In this document: positions 25,662-38,978 of the stretch, in pieces
Layout of the letters: each line of letters starts with the position of its first letter
Position numbering within the stretch: position 1 is the first letter of the stretch
NCBI GenBank assembly: GCA_002189035.1
Contig: CM007990.1
Coordinates: 3,038,001 to 3,102,000 of the forward strand
DNA length: 64,000 nt
Source of the DNA: Utricularia gibba
Lineage: Eukaryota; Plantae; Magnoliophyta
Direction: 5' to 3'
The notes under the pieces: generated by a model
Seen by the model: only the letters and a program-made list of their open reading frames with translations
What the model was told of the DNA's origin: nothing
The model's database searches: none
Position numbers and translations under genes: made by a program

Positions 25662-28249
25662 AGCGTCTTCATCAACCTTCTCCCTTGATATGTGCACCAA
25701 ACTTATACCACTCTTGGAACTGGTAGTTTCTTTAAAGAATGGATCCGATTCATCATCTTCTTCTCTATTGTCCACATATGCATACCTGGTACAGCAAAAA
25801 GAACATGCTCATGTTTCTAGTTCATGATGATACCGTTTCTCAGTTTTTGATATTCAAATGCAAGTTGAGTTGTGCAAGCTACACTTTCAAAACAAAACAA
25901 AAAAACTCAGGTGCATTTCTGCAAGAACAGTGCACAAACAATTGTTTGAATATTGTCCTGGTATAGTTCGCTGTTCGGTTTCATTTACTTGCATCGGGAG
26001 AATAAAAACTCTTAGAAAATAATAAAACACGGATGCCCAAAGTACTGGCGGAATCATGGAGACCTTGGTACTGCTCCTACGGACCAAAATACAACATAAC
26101 ATGTGATTCAAATTGGGGTTATAAAAAATAATGCCAACAACCATTACGACCCAGTTAATCCATCATGTTATTGCTAAAAAAAATTGTTGCATGAGAGGTA
26201 CATCATGTGTAGAGATAGGATGTATGACAAGGACTTTGTTCTGTATTCTTTTTACAACTGTATTCGCAGTAAAACAGCATAGCGGTTATTTTTTTACTGT
26301 CTGCTTTTAAAAGCGTTTTTTTTTAAATCACAAGGCACTTTGCAAAACAAAAACCCTTTGTAAACATAATAAACACGTACCGTTGGGAGCTTTGTGAAGG
26401 GGCCCAAAGGTAGCAGATAACACAGAGTAAGGCAAATGATAGCACATCCCAGAATGCTGTGATGATCCATGCACTCTGCCATCTCTCGCTGAAGGGGTCC
26501 GTTGCTTTAAAGTAAACCTGCAGGTTGAACAGAAATTGCATGGACTTTATCCAAGGGAAGACAAAAACCCTCACCAAAATTATACCTCATATCCTATCCA
26601 CAGAACTGAAGAAATAGCAGCAACTGCAAGCGCATTTGAAAATTTCCTGTATATGTCCAACTTAACAGAATTCCTTTTAGCCTGAAATACAGAGCAGCAG
26701 ATATTCACCAGAGTTAAATGGACAGGAAATTTGTGAAACCAGACAAAGTTTGGTCAGCATAGGGCATATGTAACCTGTAGTTGCTCAAGCGTTTTTGAAA
26801 TAGAAGTGAAAATCCACAGAATTAAGAAGGCATCCAATAATGCAACAGGGAGAACAAACAAGACTCTTGTGCGGCCAGCTTTGTCATTTATGCTTCCCAC
26901 GTTCTCTGCAAGGCTAAGCATTTCATATGCTATGAAGCATGTCACCCCGAAGAAGATCACCTTTGCTGTTAGACCACCAAGGGTAGGACGGACAACCCCA
27001 TACCCCATTGAAACACAAAGAAAAAGAATTCGTGAAATAGTTCGTCTTATTGCACCAAGAGTCACAACCCATGCTGTGATTCCACCTGGCCTTTTCCCAG
27101 TTCCATTGAAGTATGCATAATCAAAGTACCAGAAAGTCATCTCCAACAACCCAAGTGCAATAACCAAGGTGATGCAGTGCTGTAGCAGCAAAACTTCATT
27201 CCAATGAATCGCATATTGGTAGACCCATATAACACATAAGATGGCGAAGGCAACAGACATAAAAACATAAAAATTTAGTAGGGGTGCCATTCTACCAGGA
27301 AGATAGCCATGGGCGTTTCTCCAGACAGTGCGGCCAGCAACCCTCATTCCTTTCAGATTTGGATCACAGGTTATAAAAAATAAGTTATACATCCCAGTCC
27401 TTTTGATGTAAACCTCTTTCTTGTTTTTCATATGGGTTGATAACATGTTTCCTCTAAAATAAATCTTCACTGAAATTGGCCAATTTTTATCAGTTGCTGA
27501 TGGCGTTCTTATCACTTCTCCTTGTTTGCACCCTTCAAGGTTTGCAAGATCAGGAGTGCAACATATTGCTCTCTGTCCAGCATAAGCAGATCCACCAATA
27601 TTATCACGATCAGCAGCTTCAAAGATAATGACTTGAACCAACCCACCATTGTAAGCTGAGGATGGGCGATGATCAGGAGAATCATAGCTCCTCCAGAATG
27701 TTATGTTCTCAAATCTAAGGGAAACCAAAATGCATAGCATTTTAAAGCAAATCTTAATGATATTACAGACGGGATTCTTCATCACTAGCACAGAGAACCC
27801 CAAATAGCAATCATGGGACATTATTCACCCTTCAATGCGCTAAACAATACAAATGATACAAAAAAAAAATTCAATCTTTCATAAAAATTATGACATTCTT
27901 CCATTTCAAACGTCCACAAAACCTTTCCTTACAAAGTTACAACTCCATCAAAATTTTAACTGAAAGCGTTCAAAAAACAAAAACAGAATAGTGCTCATTT
28001 CTGCCAAGAATTAAATTAAAAACATGGGTGAACATACCGGATATAAGATTTTCCTTGGAGGTTTTCAGAGACCAAAATGCCCTCACTTCCACCTGATAGC
28101 AGGAAAGCGTTGCCCACTTCCCGGAATGAATCTTGGTTATATGAGTGAATCGACGCTTCAGCTCCTTGGAACGCTAATATCAGGAAAAAGAATGCGCAAG
28201 AACAGAACATGTTGCGTCCCAGATTCCAAGGATTGCAGGTGAAACCCAT
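25608..28249 (-). CDS. Lung seven transmembrane receptor family protein (TMEM87/GPR107-like)
   Basis: Exons 28249 (or ATG 28210)-28038, 27714-26775, 26681-26586, 26517-26381, 25785-25608, in frame with GT-AG sites. Motifs SIHSY, LLSGGSEG, ICCTPDLA, TGMYNL, GYLPGRMAPL, MGYGVVRPTLGG, KLDIYRKF, LWAPSQSSQRYAY; acidic tail encoded by a (GAA)n repeat. Probable 5' UTR intron upstream. Confidence 0.95.
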
Positions 28250-29074
28250 CCGACTGCTAACCTGATCCTGTAAAAGGAGAAGTGCCATATTGCCAAGAAT
28301 TAGACGAACGAGAACAGCAGGAATGCATTCCTGATCATTTGATTTCAGATCCAACACTGACATATTTTTTAGTGTTCAATCATTGATGGGCTAGACGATG
28401 ATAATATATGAAACGCACATTGATCTAGCATCCACGAATGGATTTGCAAGAAATCAAACTTCTAGTTCAGCAACTCGAAGTTACAATTAAAGATCTCCCG
28501 CATCCCGAACCAAAAATCCAGAAATCCAGAAAATGCAATTGATCCACTCACAATTAAGCTTCTAGGTTGACTACCGGCGACTTTATCACACCGAGCGATG
28601 CCCTTTTTCCGCCTACCTGTCGTTTCTGCGGCACCGCCCCCAGTATCGGTGACCATTCTGCATAAGTTCGAGGCCAGGAGTGTTTCTACAACAAGCAGTT
28701 ACAGTAACCGTTCCGTTAGGAAATCAAAGTAGATGGCAATGCGCCGACGAAGAATGGGAAGTGCGTGTATTTGTGAGGACTGAGGAGGGATTTGGATAGA
28801 GAAGTCGCAACGGCAAGCCAAATTTCTTTACAAGCCAAATTTCTTTATTAAAAATGATACGTTTAATCTATATTATTTTTAATAAAAATAATATATTTAA
28901 TTCTAATTGAAATAATCATGTTAACGTTTTATTATATAGTTCCTAATTTTTTTAGTTTAAATATTTTTAATTTTTATTATTCTAATATCAATTACAATTA
29001 AATCTTCTTATTTAAAAAACGAATATATTTACTCTCATATTCATCACAAATTATCGATTACCACCCAATATTTA

Positions 29075-29324
29075 GGCTTTGTTTGGTTGATGCATTTTAG
29101 GTATTAGTGAATTTAGATTATTTGGATTTAGCTAAACCCAAATATATGGATATAAAAATATTCATACCTTTCCTTGATTATACATATACTCATATATGAG
29201 GGTATTATATGGGTATAATAATTATTATACACATATATAAGGTATAATATACTCACATACCAAACAACACAATTTTATTAAATCTACCATAAACCAGCCT
29301 TATACCATCATATCAAACAAGGCC
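29075..29324. mobile_element. Tourist-type MITE (PIF/Harbinger derivative)
   Basis: TIRs GGCTTTGTTTGG / TCAAACAAGGCC with TTA on both flanks; 250 bp. Confidence 0.8.
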
Positions 29325-32300
29325 TTAATGTAGTCAAATTCGATTAAATTAGTGTGCCAAAATTTGATTAAATTATGTTGTTTAAAAATATTAAAAAATG
29401 TATATTTACTAATCCAATTAATTATTGTTATGGGTGTTTAAAGACTTTTAAAGTGGTTTAAATCAAATTTATGGAAAGCAAAAAGACAATATATGGGAGA
29501 ATTAGGGGTGCTCTCATGAAGAGAACAACTCACTCAAAATATAGTGAAATTGATAAAGGAAATTACAAAAACTCCAAAAAGGATGCTTTGCATTCTTTGC
29601 ATGCTCTTCTTTACTAAGAACCTACCCATGTTTCCTTACTCTTCCTCATTTATGTATCTACAAAAATGTTGATGAGAAGATAAGACCTTCCTTTTTCATC
29701 ATTAAACTCGGTTTTATGTCATTCTAAATCACATTTTTTGTCACCTTTTATGATTATTTTTATCTATTTTATGATTCATTTTCTTATTTATTTGTATTGA
29801 TTTTATACATTTCATATTAATTTGATCTTTTTGAAAATATAATGTATTTTATAGATCCATACATTTTCCATCAAATTTGAAGAGAAATCAGATCTAGTAT
29901 GGGGTGCATGAATTAAATCTCAGGAGGAAGCTCAAATTGCAATAAGAATGAAGATATAAGCAACATTCTAAAAATGTTTTTAGAGTTTATTTTTATTTTT
30001 TTCAAAGATACTTTAGAGAAGTAAAAATAATTGATAGAAATAGAAAAAGAATATAAGTGTTATACAAAACTATAAAAATAAATGCAACATTACTTTTCAA
30101 ATCAAAGAAATAAATGAAAAAAGAAAAATAGATGTAAAAGTATATTATTAATTACTTTTCCAAAAATAATTTTTGTACTATAATTTTATAATTATTTTTG
30201 ATAGAATTAATTTTACAATTGATAGTATTCTAGAATAAAATATTTTTATTTTTTAAAAAGTAAAAGTAAATTCTAAAAATTTTTCAAAATAGTGCTTTAA
30301 TCTAATATCATGAATTGCTATGAAAATTTGAAAAAAAAAAATCTTCATAGATTTCAATAAAAACATTAAACTAGATCTATCGAGCAAACTCACTAGAAGA
30401 TATAACTATTTTTTCTATCTTACTTTTGATATTTTCTTTATTTTTCATATTTTAGAATTCAGTATTTATGCTTGAGCATTCGTTGGCTAATAATCTGATT
30501 GAACCTATGCTTGCACAAGACCTTGCATGTGTTGACCTTTTACTATATTCATTGACATTTGAAGTTTTGATTTCATTTTATACAATATTTTTCTGACTAA
30601 TGTGATGTTGAATACCATTGAACCCCAAGAATATGTGGGAAAATACAAGGTTGAACTAGAATAATAATCATTGCCTAAGAAGTGATCCCACTATGAGACT
30701 ACTCTTTTTTAAACTGAGAACTTGATAGTTCACTTTCATAAAATTCATACAAATGCATTAAACAATCTGAGGCAGTGTTATACATCACTTTTGCATTAGG
30801 TCGATACCATGAAAAACAAGATACGTAAAGCAATCACAAAATAAATTTAATGCAGTTTGCAAACCAATTGTCTTCCCTCTAGGATCAAACATGTTTGTTA
30901 CAAAAAATATAGTAAGTATAGTTTCAAAATATTTAGGCTTTTAGATCATAACTTTGATAATATAGAAGAGCAACTCTACTTCAAAATATTTTTTAGATAT
31001 TGAAATTATAACAATCAAAGTAGGTAACATAAAATGCATTATAGAATAGTAAACATTACTAAATAACTTTATATATTTATGAAAAAAATCAATTAAATTA
31101 TAAAAATTAGCACATATATTATCATTTAGTTGAATATTTATGTCTGTATGCAATATCAAAATCAAAGAAACAACTTCTTTATATAGAAGAAAGACCAAAC
31201 ATAAAAAGCGGAATTCTATCTAATCAACAAATCTCCATTCAAAGTTCTAAATGACAAATCTTTTAACTCATATAAATGATTTAAAGAAGCCTTTTTAAGA
31301 CTAAAATTTTTACATGATATATTATCTTACGCACACTATTCAAAGCAATATCAATTTTATTTTTCAATGTATTTTAAACACATAAATTCAAAATATAAAA
31401 AATACATGTTAATCCAAATAAACAACCACCTAACATAAGATTTCTAGAAGATCTCACCATTGAGCTTGTAATAGCATTATTAGATGCATTATTGATAAAA
31501 GGAAAAATTGATATCATTGTAATAAAATTAAATTTTCTTATCAAATAAATTTGTAAGTCCTAGTCTTCACAAAATACAAATTACACAACAGAAGTTAAAG
31601 GTTGATCAAGGAACAAGTGTTGCTAAGTATTTCTATTAGATGCAAGATTACAGAATCAACATTAATCTTAGTCCATGGTCAAACTAACATTAACATACAA
31701 GATAAAGAATTCTCTACAAATAAAAATGTAGAAGATAAATAAACCCTAGTTTTGCACAACGAGTATTCTGTGGTAAGAAAACCCATAATTCAATATGCAA
31801 TCTTGCGCTTTCATAACCCCAAACAACCTAAGTCTACCTAAGTCATTTACTATATTTTTTGCTACAATACTCCATGGTGTCCCAATCCATTCCACGCATA
31901 GGTCTTACCAATTTGGAACACATAGAACTAGGTTTGCTTGGTTCTACTGGTCTTAATTGAAAGTAACACCTAATAAGCTTATCTCAACTCTTTGATTTAC
32001 CTTCAAGTTGAGGATTTGAGTTATGCAGCCAGTTTGTTTATCCCTTAGGTCTACCCGGGGCAAGTAGCACATCCAACTATTGTGCAAAAATTACAATCAA
32101 ATTAGACACTCATTCCAAACCACACTTCTTACTCTAAGATATCTCCTAAATGTAGTCACTCATAATTAGTGCCGTAAGCATATTTTTATAAAGATAAATT
32201 GAGAATATCATCATATCTTGTGCTAGAAAAATAGCAACAAAGGTAAAATATTTATTAAACGATAACAAAGATAAAATGAGTTTCTATTTCCATTCACTAT

Positions 32301-34163
32301 TGTTCACACTTGAGAACAATAGTGATGAACTGGGTTCTTGAGCTTGTTCTTCACGTTGAAAGCTTTTTTTCCTAGAAAAATCATCTTCTTCACCTTGTTG
32401 GTTCGGTTTTCATGTTTTTGGAGCTTCCTCATGTGTTTTGTTGCTGCCAAAGCTCTCACTTCTCTCTCTTTCCCCAAAAAATATTTTATTCCTCCATTTT
32501 CTTAAGCAAGTACAATTCTTTGACAACGTTGCTGCTCCTACCCCTGACTTGCAATCTGTTGTGGTGGAAGTGCACTCATTGTGCCCTCTTTTTATGTTGT
32601 TCATTGTGGTATATAAGTGGTATGAAATACTTATGTCCTTCCTTGATTTTTAGAATCTGCTACTGAACTCACAAAAGGGTTAATCACATGAAGTGTGCTA
32701 AATATGAGGATTTAGCCCACCAATATATAAAAATCATATATTTACTAAATTTTTATAGGATAATTAAAACCTTAAAATAAACACTTAAAATATGATTAAA
32801 ATGTTATATTTTTTATAGCATAAAAATAGGAAAATTTATGTGTTATCAATTATCAAGACTTATGTTAAAGATATGATTAAGAATTGAATATTCAATGTAT
32901 AGAGAGGTAATGAACTTGGCTATTTGTGCATCTATTTATGGAGAATCCAAAGGCCTAAACTCGAATTCGCATTTTATTGATTAAAAAAAGAAACTAGACA
33001 TGATTTTTTTGAACCATTTTATTACAATTTTGATGATGTTTTTTTTTAGTTATTGAAGCAAATATAAACTATAATCTAAACTAATGGAAATACCTTATAA
33101 ACAGATTTTTTGCTCCTAGCCAAAGTTTTTAACTAGCAATTACTAAAAGTACAAAATCAGCTTGAGAAGTATTAATACCAAATGAAAAAGCAAAAACATC
33201 AGCCCTCACGAAATTGAAGTATATTGCCTTAATAAACTACATGTCTTATTTTCATGCTTGGTTATATTGTATAGTATAAAATTTGAAGTAGAACCATTTT
33301 ATCATGATTGTATACGGTATCACAATACTTATAACATACACTTTTTACTTATTTATTATGATCGAAATGCTCACACTAATTTATGGATCCTATCCTTTTT
33401 TTAGGTGAATGATATGGCTTCACCATCACCTGCGACAACAATGTTATATGGAATCTCCTCTTCATTTGTTGGCGTCAACCTTTCATGTGATTCGACCATC
33501 AAGGCCCATCTAAGAAATGATTATTAATAATCTCAAAAGTCACAAATATCAAAATTAATGAAAATGAGCTATGCTTAGACATGTTAAATTCAGAACTCAA
33601 AACATGAAACTTATACATTAAAAGTTCTTTGAATAATGCCAACTTGTATTTCAATAGAGGTATCTTAGTAAGCTGCAAATCTCCTTACCACACTTTCGTG
33701 AATAACACCACAAAATGAGTTACGAGACCCAATGAAGGCTTTTGTTTAAAATTTTTATAAAAAAAATCTTCTCAATTAATCTTTAATTGGGATGGATCAA
33801 TCATATGAGTCAATAATAACGGGCTAAGTGCTATACCATGGTTCAAGTACTTAACAAGCCTTATGAGCTTGTAACATTCGTATGTGCTAACTTGAGAAAT
33901 TTATTAATGGACTCATATTATAGACCCAAGCTGTCTAACCCATTAGTCGAACCCATACTCATCAAACATCGACCCGACCCGTATCCATTTTTTTAAAGGT
34001 GCACATCATGCTTGGGGCCCCTCATGGGTCAACCAATCGAATACTAGGTCAACCCATAATCATGCCCACTACTAGAATGATATAATAATTATAATTGAAT
34101 AACATTATTTTATAATAACATTCCAAGAAATTATGTAAGAAGTCAATCTTTGAGACTTACCCA

Positions 34164-36065
34164 TGTTGAAATAAGAAAGATAGAGTCTTGGGAAGGACAC
34201 AAAGGGATAATGTTTATGAGATCACCTTGGATAAAAAACGACTCATGAACAATAAGAATGACCGAAAACCTAATTGATACGCATTCCTAGTAGGCTTTAT
34301 ATATACCCAATACCTAGGTTACCCATCAGTGGGCCACAATCATTGAAAACACACAAAAAAGCCGAACAACTCGAACCCAACACTTCCATGCTCGAACCCA
34401 ACACTTTTTTATCTGAAACATGACATTATGTCACAAGATAAATGTTTCTAATCACCTTCAACCTTTAGATTGAGGCTGATCTCCAACACTCCCCCCAGAC
34501 CGAGATCTCCCAACTTGAGAAAGTCTTCCATAATCATGAGATTCATGTTCTTTCTTGCTAGCTCAAACTGAACTCTGTTCAAAACTTTGGTGAGCCCATC
34601 AGCAAGCTAATTCCCACTCTCAACATACTGTACTTTAATCTTCTTCTCCTTGATGTAATTCCTTATGACATGATACCTGATTCTTATGTGTTTGGCTTTG
34701 CTGAAGTTAGTTGAATCCTTGGCAATGGAGATTGCAGCTCGATTATCCATAAGCAGATGTGGCTTCCTTTTGTACGAATCCAAGTTCGTTTAACATCTGC
34801 CTCAACCAAACACAATAGTTCGAAGCATGTGCTGCTGAGATGTATTCTGCTTCAGCTGTTGATTGCGCTACCACCTTTTGTTTCTTCGAAAACCAGACTA
34901 CAGGGCTCATATTCAAGAAGAAGAGTGCACCAGATGTACTCTTGCTATCTTGAGTTATATCATAATCACTATCTGAGTATACTTTAAGTTTCAAGACTGG
35001 TTTTTCACCTTCATAGGGATAGAACAATCCAAAATCATTAGTAGATTTTATATATCTGAAAGCTCTTTTAACAACTACCATGTGAGTTGTTGTGGTTTGT
35101 TGAGGAAGCGAGATAAGACATTTACACAAAAACACAGGTCAAGCCTTGTATGCTGGAGATAGATGAGGCTTCCAATCATACTTCTATAAGTATTACCATC
35201 CACATTCCTTCCCTGATTTTTTTCTCCAATAACCTGTTTGTAATCCAAGGGGGTTTTTGAGGGATTGACATCTTTGAACCCAAACCTTTCAAGAAGTTCA
35301 TTACAGTACTTCTTTTGAGATATGAATGTTTCAACACCTACAAGTTGATGAATTTCCATGCCTAAATAGTAGGACATCATTCCAAGGTCAGTCATCTTGA
35401 ATTCTTTTTTGAGTAGAGCTTTGAATTCTTCAATCTCCCTTTCATCACCTGAGGTTATCAAAAGATCATCCACATATAGGCTAATAAATAAACGATCATC
35501 TCCCTTTCCTTTAACATATAATGAGTAATCACTATATATTTTTCTGAAACCAATACCCTGCAGAAAGTTATCCATGCGTTCATTCCATGCTCTAGGAGCT
35601 TGCTTCAACCCATAGAAAGATTTCTTTAGTTTCAATACTTTGTCTTCATGACCTTACACTTCGAAGCCTTTTGGTTGTTCAACAAAAACAACCTCCTCCG
35701 ACATACCATTCAAAAACGCAGTCTTCACATCTATGTGATGCACTTTCCATCCATGAGCAGCTGAAATGGCAAGAAGTACTTTAATTGTGTCAAATCTTGC
35801 TACTGGTGCAAAAATCTCATGAAAATTTATTCATTTGATCTGACTATATCCCTTGGCTACTAATCTAGCCTTATATTTGTTAACAGAACCATCTGCATTC
35901 ATCTTGGTTTTGAATAACCATTTGAGGCCAATAGGTTTGAAACCCCTATCCTTGGGTTTATCAACTAACTCTCATGTTTCATTTTCAAGTATAGAATTCA
36001 CTTCTTCCTTCATGGCATCTCTCCATTTCGGATTTTGTACAGTCACTTCAAATGATGTTGGATCT
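34164..36065 (-). mobile_element. 5'-truncated Ty1/copia retrotransposon (RT, RNase H, PPT, 3' LTR)
   Basis: ORF 35075-35635: KLKKSFYGLKQAPRAW, LYVDDLLIT; ORF 34743-35135: VVWFSKKQ, QSTAEAEY. PPT GGGGGGAG directly before TGTTG at 34488; 325-bp LTR 34488-34164 ending CAACA. Confidence 0.92.
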
Positions 36066-37230
36066 TGTTAAGCATCATTTTCTAGTTAATTATTAGGTAT
36101 TATTATGTGTTAATTATGTATGAAGTCGCCCAAATTAGAAGTCTTATTATTAAGTATTTGATTTTTACTAGAAAATTCCTATTTTCCCATTTTGTGTATA
36201 TTTTATGTCTTTTTTTTCTCACACTTTGATCGAGACATGTCAGTCATAGAGTGTTGCAGGAGTATTGCAGTTGGTCAGACTCTGAGTTTTCGTGCCTTGT
36301 ACGCGAGTTGGAATGATTGTGGGCGAAAGACTGACACTAGTCAAGGCCCTTGACTTACGGCATGTCAGAGTCTGCAGTAATGATTGGGCATAAACTTGCA
36401 CGCAAAGAAAGTCTGGTGGCGCACGCAAGATAGAAGGAATGATGAGAAAGGGATCCAAAGGAGTTAATGAACATGGGAATTCATATAAAAACCACTTGGA
36501 GCACTTAGTTTCGGACTTTTGCCATTTTCCCCTTTGTACTTAGAACTTTTGAGTTCTTCCTCCCCTCAAGGAGGAAGAGCACTTAGTTTCCAATTTCGTT
36601 TCTATTTTGATGGCCCTTTGTGGCTAAAAACTTTTAGTTTCTGGAAGTAGATGAAGTTTCCTTCCAAGTCTTGAGCAATACACTTGATTCTTTGCTGAAT
36701 TGATTTCGGATTTTGCATACTTCCACGCGTATTGTTGCAGTCTTTCTGTAACGACTCTTAATCAAGGTCCATGAGTAGCAGGCCACTCCTTGCGGATTTT
36801 GGTGAAGATCAAGGTGAAGAGCACCAACTCCAACCCTACCAGTTCGAGGGAAGTAGCGGATTGTGTGTGTCCTAGGTACTGCGACAGTGGACAGGTTGTG
36901 ACCTCGGACCTGCCACTGGCCTCGGACCTCTATCCCACATTGCTAGTTGAACACATGTTCAACTAGTTTATATGGGAAGGCAACCCAATACCTTTGATAG
37001 GCCAGAGAGTGAGTTGGGCCTCACGCGCACGTGCAGCCCAAGCCCACGTTTTGCTCCGTTTTGTCTCGAGCCTATTAGGGTTTACGGTTCATGTATACAT
37101 TCGACTGATTTCTGAGATCGAGAAGTGCAGTTCTCGAAGAGCCTCTTGAATCCTGATGAATCGTGAAATCCTTTGGGATAGTGTTTTACGTGCCTGAGGT
37201 TTTCTTCTTCTTTGTGTTCGGTTTACAACA
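36066..37230 (+). mobile_element. Probable LTR of another retrotransposon, truncating the copia; degenerate internal sequence follows to ~37900
   Basis: TGTTA...CAACA ends; followed by TGAGAGCC, which resembles a deleted tRNA-Met PBS (TGGTATCAGAGCC). No matching TSD. Confidence 0.45.
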
Positions 37231-38978
37231 TGAGAGCCTCAATGTCCATCTTTAAATTATACAATAAGTCAATTCATCGAGAAGCAAAGAATTTCAATGA
37301 AGTTCAACTGAATAAAGAGTGGATTCAACAATTCAAGGAAGTGAATATTGAGTTGGAGCAACTTACATTCATGAATGCAGGCTTGTGTGATGGAGTTGAA
37401 GCTAACCTTGTGTGAGTGACAAAGGAGGATGGTGTTTCATATCAACATTCATGAACACTCAACTGCCATTATATTAAGGAATAAGATCATGTATTAGATG
37501 AGCAGCACCAAATGAGGAGGTTCAAATAATGGCAAGAGATACTGAAGAAGACTTGAAAAAACAACAATGCATTGAGCTGAAAATGCTCCATTTATCATTG
37601 AGGTGTGACTTTTTTGAAGAAAAGTGTATCCATCCCTTTATTGCAAATGCAGGCTTGGATGATCACCAAATTCAAGAATGCATCCTACTCATGAACAAAC
37701 ATGAGGAGGTTATTGATTGCAATATCAATGATTCCAAGAGGCCACAATAACAGACCAATTCAATTGTAAAAGAGACAAGAAAGATGAAAATTTCCAAAAA
37801 TAAGACAAGGATCTCATCACCATAGAAAAAGTATTTGATTGGAGAATATGATGTTTTTTACAAATGTTGCTTTTGTAAGGCTGATAAACTCAAGGAAGGT
37901 TTGATGAAAATTTCGATGGGTTCAATCACTACATTGGAACTTTTCTGTTGAGTCATAGAATGAGCAAACAAAAACATGGCATGATGGGCACTTATACAAG
38001 ATAAAACATATGAAAACTACTGATTTTTTTAATGTTTAGTTCAAGTCGTTTTTTATTTGTAGAAAATTCAAATGTAGATGAGATGTAATAAAAAAGTCTT
38101 CTGAAAAAATTTATGAGTTTTACAAAAATAAAAGAAACATAGTGATAAATTCAATGCCACAATTTACTTATAAAAGTATCTTTCTTATTTTTTTTGAAGT
38201 ATTATATTTTTATTAAAAATTATATTTAATTATGAGTTCACATTTCTTTTATATTTTAGCTAAAATTCACTAAATCATGAAGATTAGTTATTCACATTGC
38301 GAAATCAATACATTCGAGAAGACGATTGTAGCCACATTGGGGATTTGGGTAAGTAATTATAAAAATTAAATAAATACAAAATGAACTAATTTCAATAAAA
38401 TGTAATTTTTTGAATAAAATGTAATAATAAGAGTGTTATATAATTTATTAAATAGACTACATAATGTAAGTTTTTGAAATGACGTGATTTTGAGGACACT
38501 TTTGACTTATAATAATTTATACTAAAAAATTTAAAGAAACATAAATAAAAAATCAATTTTAGTAACTGCACTTTCTTACCACAATCCATTTGTTCCAAAA
38601 GAAAAAAACAATGAAGTATTATTTGTTGCAAATATACGTAATGATTTTTTAGTGTGTTTATCCAAATAAAAAATGATTGAATTCATTCCTTTATGACAGC
38701 AGGAGAAAACAAAATGGATTGAAATAGCACTGTGCTAGTGGTATGCTGCTTAGAAGTGTCAAGTGTGTGTGAGTGATGCTTCACGTTTGTCATGCTTCAG
38801 TCTTTCCTCTTTAACAGTCTTCTTGCAGCCCAGCCCTGCCCTGCCCTGAAGATAATTTGCCATTTTCTATGACAACAATCGACATAAATAAAAAATATTA
38901 AGAATTGATTATTTAAATAATTTGTGGATATATAAAATAATATGGAAGTGTGCTCTGAATCAAATTATATGATTTTCG

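Noticed and set aside
30250-33300. Weak transposase- or gag-like reading fragments on the minus strand
   Set aside because: No motif is complete enough to name a family without an HMM search.
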